DNA of 63,493 nt, filler included, from Licmophora abbreviata (Eukaryota): the NCBI GenBank assembly GCA_900291995.1. It is 7 parts of 7 records of this genome, joined end to end, with 100 filler letters (N's around TTAATTAATTAA, not from the genome) between each part and the next. Parts side by side here need not be neighbours in the genome. Positions count along the whole stretch, not along the records: positions 57,636 to 59,630 come from OLMU01000477.1; positions 59,731 to 63,493 come from OLMU01000480.1; 5 more parts are not named here. One strand, 5' to 3'. Shown one piece after another: positions 58,369-63,493 of the stretch (its first letter is position 1; every line of letters starts with the position of its first letter). The notes under the pieces are model-generated. The model was not told where the DNA came from. It did no database searches and saw only the letters and a program-made list of their open reading frames with translations. A program made the translations under genes and the position numbers.

Positions 58369-60095
58369 ATGATGAACAATACCAATGGATCCGAAAAGCC
58401 AGCTGCTGTTGTAGGAAAAAGGATCTCTCGCGTGAAACAAGAAGATACGTGCGAGACGCTACCGCGGATGATTGTCCCAGCCACGGTGGCCACGCCACCA
58501 AGTGCCATGAACAGAATTTCACCGAGATCCCCCCTCAACGTCGAGGATACAGCGCATTCTCAAGGCTACATCGATCCAGATGGACTCTTGGCTGTGCCGC
58601 CCGCAAAGGCCGTACATAGCTGTTTCCCACCAGGGTGCATCGTTCTGCGTGTCGACGCAGATCCCTTGGCAACGCAAACAATCACCTTGGGGTCTATCGA
58701 AGCTGTTCTGGTCGACTTGATGAGCTCTGGATCAGCTGGAACCTTTGTCTATCGTTTTCTCCCGCATCCTCCTTTCCATGAACAAGGGTCTGTATTGACT
58801 CGAGCTTCTGCGCTGCGTCTTGGCCGTTCATGTCCGGTCTGGGCTCGTCCTCTCCACGCCACGACAGACAAGCGTGAGCTGCCGGCCGTGGTGCTGGGAA
58901 GCTACGTACACCCGGAAGGGGTGTTTTACTCTGTCCAGGAGGCAGGCGGGCAAGTGCAGTATGATGGCATTCCTTCTTCCTCAGTTCGCTATCGTTCGGA
59001 TCAAGATACTTCAGCCCGAGAGGCGTCTGTGAGACCCGCGTCGACTCCACTGAGAAAAGTCCTTCCTGATCGAGAGTTGAACAGTGAGAGACCAACTGTG
59101 GTGCGTCGGACGCCTAGCATGGTGAGTCCATCGCCAGCTTCCAGCGAAGGAAGCCCTCGATCGAAAAAGATGAAGCGATTCGGAAGCAACGAACAGAGTG
59201 ACTACAAGCTTGGTGCAAAAGCTATCTCTGTACAGAGAGAGGGACAGCCCAGATATGGTCTGCATGGTGAATCAATCCGCATTGGCAGAAGCTATGACGA
59301 GTCATCGTTGGCGACTGAGGCAAGCGGCTCGAGGAACAGCAACAAGAGGAAGAGGGCCGCGGAGCGAAAGCTGATTATCCCCAAAATGGTAGACGCCAAC
59401 GATTTGAAAGGTGAGTTGTCGCTCTCGTATTTGAAATGTTCCTCGCGACAAATCACTGAACTTGAAGTACGTTTCTTTCTTTTGTCGCAGATTTATTGAT
59501 AGGAAAGAACGGTTGCGCCCACATGGAGTTGCAGACGTCGCTGCGGTGCAAGATTCACTTGCGAGGCTACCCATTCGAGGCGAACGCTGAACGGAACGCT
59601 GGTGCCTATTGTCTTCTGACAGGCTCGGACNNNNNNNNNNNNNNNNNNNNNNNNNNNNNNNNNNNNNNNNNNNNTTAATTAATTAANNNNNNNNNNNNNN
59701 NNNNNNNNNNNNNNNNNNNNNNNNNNNNNNCCAACATTGAGTCCAGTTGTGAGCTATTGCTTCGTTTTTTGAATCACAAGCCGGCAGACGTTCGGATCGC
59801 GTACGTTGCGTCAGATGTGGAGACTGTTGAAGAGTACGCCGCGGTGCGACAAGAAGAGTCCGGTGTAGCAATCTCCGGGCGAGACTGGGCACCAAGACAG
59901 ACGATCGAAGGAGTGCGCAATCGAGCCCTGGCTCTTATTTCTATATCTCACGGTGATAACAAGTCACTCTTTTGCTATGCCGGCGATACGCCGTCGGCGA
60001 GCATTCGTGGAAGAACGGGGGATGAATCCCCTGAGGAAGAGGACGCTTTCTTGACGGAGGATGGAATCCGATTCAATCATTCGCTTCTTCTTTGA
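58369..60095 (+). CDS. Putative tandem Tudor/SH3-like + KH-domain protein (paralog 2); intron 59411..59490; spans a gap
   Basis: Shared blocks FVYR, SCPVWAR, PA(I/V)VL.SY, YS(L/V)QE.GG, VR(F/Y)R; KH motif DLLIGKNGCAHMELQTSLRCKIHLRG. Confidence 0.7.
59631..59730. other. Artificial scaffold gap
   Basis: N44-TTAATTAATTAA-N44. Confidence 0.98.
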
Positions 60096-60189
60096 CGTCT
60101 ACGCTCTTGAGTCATAGCCTTCTAGATGACTCTAGAAGCTGATCAAATAGTAGCGTTAACAATTATAAAACAGCATGCATAAGCGTAAT

Positions 60190-62173
60190 CTAAGTGTCAG
60201 TGCCCGTGGTAGCAGTGTGTCTCCCTCTTCCAAGCGCAACCCAGTCGATGTCACCGTCCTTGGTGCTGTCTCCTTCAGCGGGTTCGACAATCGCAGTCTC
60301 GACGACACTATAGCTGTCTAATCGATTTGCGAGCGACTTGGGGACACGTCCAACCACGTAAGTGCCGTTCTCACGATAGTCGATGGTTTCCACGCTTCCA
60401 ACCTCGTGGATGAGATTCAGCTGCACAGCAAAAAAGGCAAGCGGCAAGGTGTATTAGTCGTGATCCGATAGTCTATCACTTGTTTGATCGAACGGATCGC
60501 ATATCAATTGGTTGAAAGGTATTTACCTCATCCCCCTTGCTATAAGGAATTTCCACTTCAATCGGAACCAGCAACTCGGACAAGGCCTCTTCGACGACGG
60601 CGACCAAGTCCTGCATACCGTCGCCGTGTAAGGATGACACCGCGACTGCATTCTTCGACAAGGCCGCTTCGCACTTCAGATATTCCGCGTCGTCTTCACT
60701 CAGCAAATCAATTTTGTTAAAGACTCGCACAATCGGTTTGTCCGCGGCACCAATCTCGGAAAGTACAGACCGGACAGTTAATTCTTGCTTCTGCCATGAA
60801 GGATTCGCCACGTCCACCACATGGACCAAGACGTCTGCTTCTTGCACTTCCTCCAGTGTCGCTCGAAAGGCCGCAACAAGATGTGTCGGCAGTTTCTGAA
60901 TGAATCCCACGGTATCCGTCAGCAGCACTTCTGGGTGTGTCTTGTATCCGGGCAGCTTGACCTTACGCGTCGTCGGATCGAGTGTAGCAAACAACATGCT
61001 CTCTGCCATGACTCCGGCGCGTGTCAAGTAGTTCAACAAGGTGGATTTTCCTGAGTTTGTATATCCGACTAAGGAAAGGACTGGGAGGCCCGTTCGATCG
61101 CGTCCTCGTCGATGCAAGGCTCGCTGCTTCTGGACGTTATCAATCTTTTGTTTGAGGACAATAATGCGGTCGCGGACAAGTCGCCTATCGATTTCCAACT
61201 GTGACTCTCCAGGACCTCGCAACCCCACGCCTCCTGCTCCACTCTGTCTTTCAAGATGGGTCCACATTTTGGTCAATCGAGGCTTGCGATATTCATGAAG
61301 AGCGAGATCGACCTGTAACTTTCCCTCCCGTGTCTTGGCATGCTGCGCGAAAATGTCGAGAATCAAGGCCGTCCGATCCACCACCTTGATTTCACCCTCT
61401 TGGACAAGGAAATCGTTTTGAAGTGTCTTCTTGTTGAAAGCATTTTCCAACGACTTTTGCTGTCCGGGGGTCAATTCAGCATCAAAGACGATTGTACAGC
61501 AGTCATGCTCTTCCATGAACTGCAGAGCCTCTTGCACCTTGCCAGTCCCAATGTAGGTCCTTGGATTGACTTGCTGAAGTCGCTGCGTCAACTCGCCGAC
61601 ACATTCTAGTCCAGCCGTCTTTAGCAGCTCCCTCATCTCCGTCATGCTCTCATCCAACGAAAAGTAGACTTCCCACTCTTCCGGGTTCAGAGACTGCATC
61701 AAAAGCTTGTCTGACTTGCGCTTGCTCCCGAGGTCCTCTACGCCGACTAGCAAGCAGCTCTCGACCTTTCGCTGGACTCCTCGTTCGTCGACATACATAC
61801 GATCTTCTCGTTCCGTAAGCATGTCATCTTGATCACGAGTAAAATCTGATAGCACAGTACTCGTAGTGGGCGACTCTTCCGCAGGAAGATCTTCGTCGCA
61901 GTCGTCGTCGTAATCGATATCGTAAAAGGAAGATTCACCGTCATCGGTTGTCGCTCGAGGAAGATTATCAATATCAAACAATGCCTTTTGTTCTTCCGGA
62001 GGCTGCGACAAGACGTGTCGACGCGTGATACGGGCTGTAGTAGTCGTACGAAGAAGTGCCAGCGGTCGCGACGGAACAAACGCTCGACACGAGGTCAGTG
62101 TTATTGCGGCAGCAGAAATCGCCACAACGATCGACGATCTTGAACGCATCATTGGGCGTCTTCGGTAAGCCAT
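60190..62173 (-). CDS. hflX: Plastid GTPase HflX (ribosome splitting/rescue); intron 60421..60526; start 62173 or 62152
   Basis: CRA-F presequence; [68 protein letters not shown]. Confidence 0.95.
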
Positions 62174-62556
62174 AAGGACATATATATGTTGATGCTAAGA
62201 AGGAGTAAAATACACTGCAACACACGCACGATATTCGATGCGATCATGTGATGTGATCACAAAAGGTTCGGTGGAGCACAAGGCATCATCGCTCGCTCGC
62301 TGACAGAGTATTTCGGACAATTTGGGAATGAAATGGCCGAAATGTTCAGAGGTATTTGTCAAAATTACAAATTACAACCAGTTTCGTAACTTCTGGGATT
62401 GATGACGCTGATGTGATGCCGTCACTCATCAAGAGTCGAGTCTAGTCTAGTCCACTTTCCCTTGAAGTTCAGTGCTCGAGCAAGTCGTAGTCAAGATATC
62501 TACACACATCCGTCTCAGGAGTGTGACACAGGCATCGATCGCAGTCTCGTTTCGCC

Positions 62557-63459
62557 ATGAATATCGCTTCATCGAGATTCGTCTTCGGCATCAAGAACTT
62601 GTGCGCATGTCGTAGGATTCGCACTGCCAGCGCACCTTTCGCTGCTGCTGGTGCTCGCCATCATCCTGCACCATCCTTCTCGGCGACATTGTCCCCAAAC
62701 AGCATCAGCGCAGCCTCCTGCTTTGCGCCGTTCTCTTCCTCTGTACAAATTAATCATCAACCCATCATTGAGCTGCGAGAGTACGAGCTTTACCCCGAAC
62801 ATGCCGTGGCATACATGCAGGCGACCGCCGGTGCTGCGGAATTGAGAAAGTCGTTGGTGCCATTGAAACTCTTTAGCTTGCCGGAAACCGGCGGACAACT
62901 CCATGTTGCCACCCATGCGTACTATTATGCGGGAGGCCATGCGGAACGTGATGAGAAGCGCAGTGCCATGGCAGGGAGTAAGGACTGGAGGAGCTATCTT
63001 GGCGCATGCAGGCCCTACATGTTGCGACAACAGTCCAACATCTTTCAGGAGGCCCCTCTGGGGGTGGATGGCGTGGTGGGGTTTGGGAATGTTCAAGCTG
63101 ATAGTAGCAGTAGTAGTACTGACTCCATTCTGGAACTGCGACGCTATAAGCTCGTGCTGGGGTACGATGCGATTCCAAAGTTCTTGTCCCTCTACGAATC
63201 AGGGCTCCCTTCCAAACTACAGGCCGACGGCACGCATCCTTCGACCTCTCTTGTTACACTCATGTTCAGCGATGTGGGGAGACTCAATGAGGTTATCGAG
63301 ATTTGGCGACACGGTGATGGGACGGCAGCGATGGAACAATCCCGCAGGGCGGCAAGGAATGCGACCGAGTGGAAGGCTGCCATTGCCGAGATTGCCGGCT
63401 TGGCCATCGAATTCACGTCCACAATCCACAAACCTGCAGCCTTTTCGCCGCTCAAGTAG
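62557..63459 (+). CDS. NIPSNAP-family protein (two NIPSNAP domains), probably mitochondrial
   Basis: IIELREYELYP..ETGGQLHVATHAYYY..ERDEKR and ILELRRYKL..SDVGRLNEVIEIW..SRRAA..AFSPLK; Arg/Ser/Ala-rich presequence. Confidence 0.9.
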   Translation: MNIASSRFVFGIKNLCACRRIRTASAPFAAAGARHHPAPSFSATLSPNSISAASCFAPFSSSVQINHQPIIELREYELYPEHAVAYMQATAGAAELRKSLVPLKLFSLPETGGQLHVATHAYYYAGGHAERDEKRSAMAGSKDWRSYLGACRPYMLRQQSNIFQEAPLGVDGVVGFGNVQADSSSSSTDSILELRRYKLVLGYDAIPKFLSLYESGLPSKLQADGTHPSTSLVTLMFSDVGRLNEVIEIWRHGDGTAAMEQSRRAARNATEWKAAIAEIAGLAIEFTSTIHKPAAFSPLK

Positions 63460-63493
63460 ACGTCGTGTGTTGAAGAGAAGACTTATAGTGTAC

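Overview
Gene-dense eukaryotic nuclear DNA, almost certainly from a diatom: short GT-AG introns (mostly 65-115 nt), bipartite signal-peptide + ASA-F-type plastid presequences, and silicanin-like and TPAPT-rich proteins. It holds about 32 protein-coding genes. General functions: DDX19/Dbp5, NudC, ShKT-prolyl 4-hydroxylase, CCCH zinc finger, CENP-C, ATG2, TBCCD1, V-ATPase D, HMG box, SpoU, CPSF73, START protein, PA2G4/EBP1. Organellar: plastid RRF, HCF101-like, Ycf48, COX15, NDUFB7, LPA1-like, HflX, NIPSNAP. There are also several orphans, two tRNAs (Glu-CTC, Leu-TAG) and six artificial 100-nt scaffold gaps (N44-TTAATTAATTAA-N44). No transposons, CRISPR or rRNA were recognised. Best leads: (1) a densely structured, H/ACA-box-bearing RNA candidate inside a 374-nt intron of PA2G4, about four times the usual intron length; (2) a tandem paralog pair with a putative tandem Tudor/Agenet-like + KH architecture (FMRP-like order), one copy lacking the KH GxxG loop; (3) a divergent silicanin-like membrane protein head-to-head with an RXL-motif Pro/Thr-repeat secreted protein; (4) a plastid-targeted 8-repeat beta-propeller and a Tat-type thylakoid-lumen orphan. 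All family calls are by eye; no searches were run.
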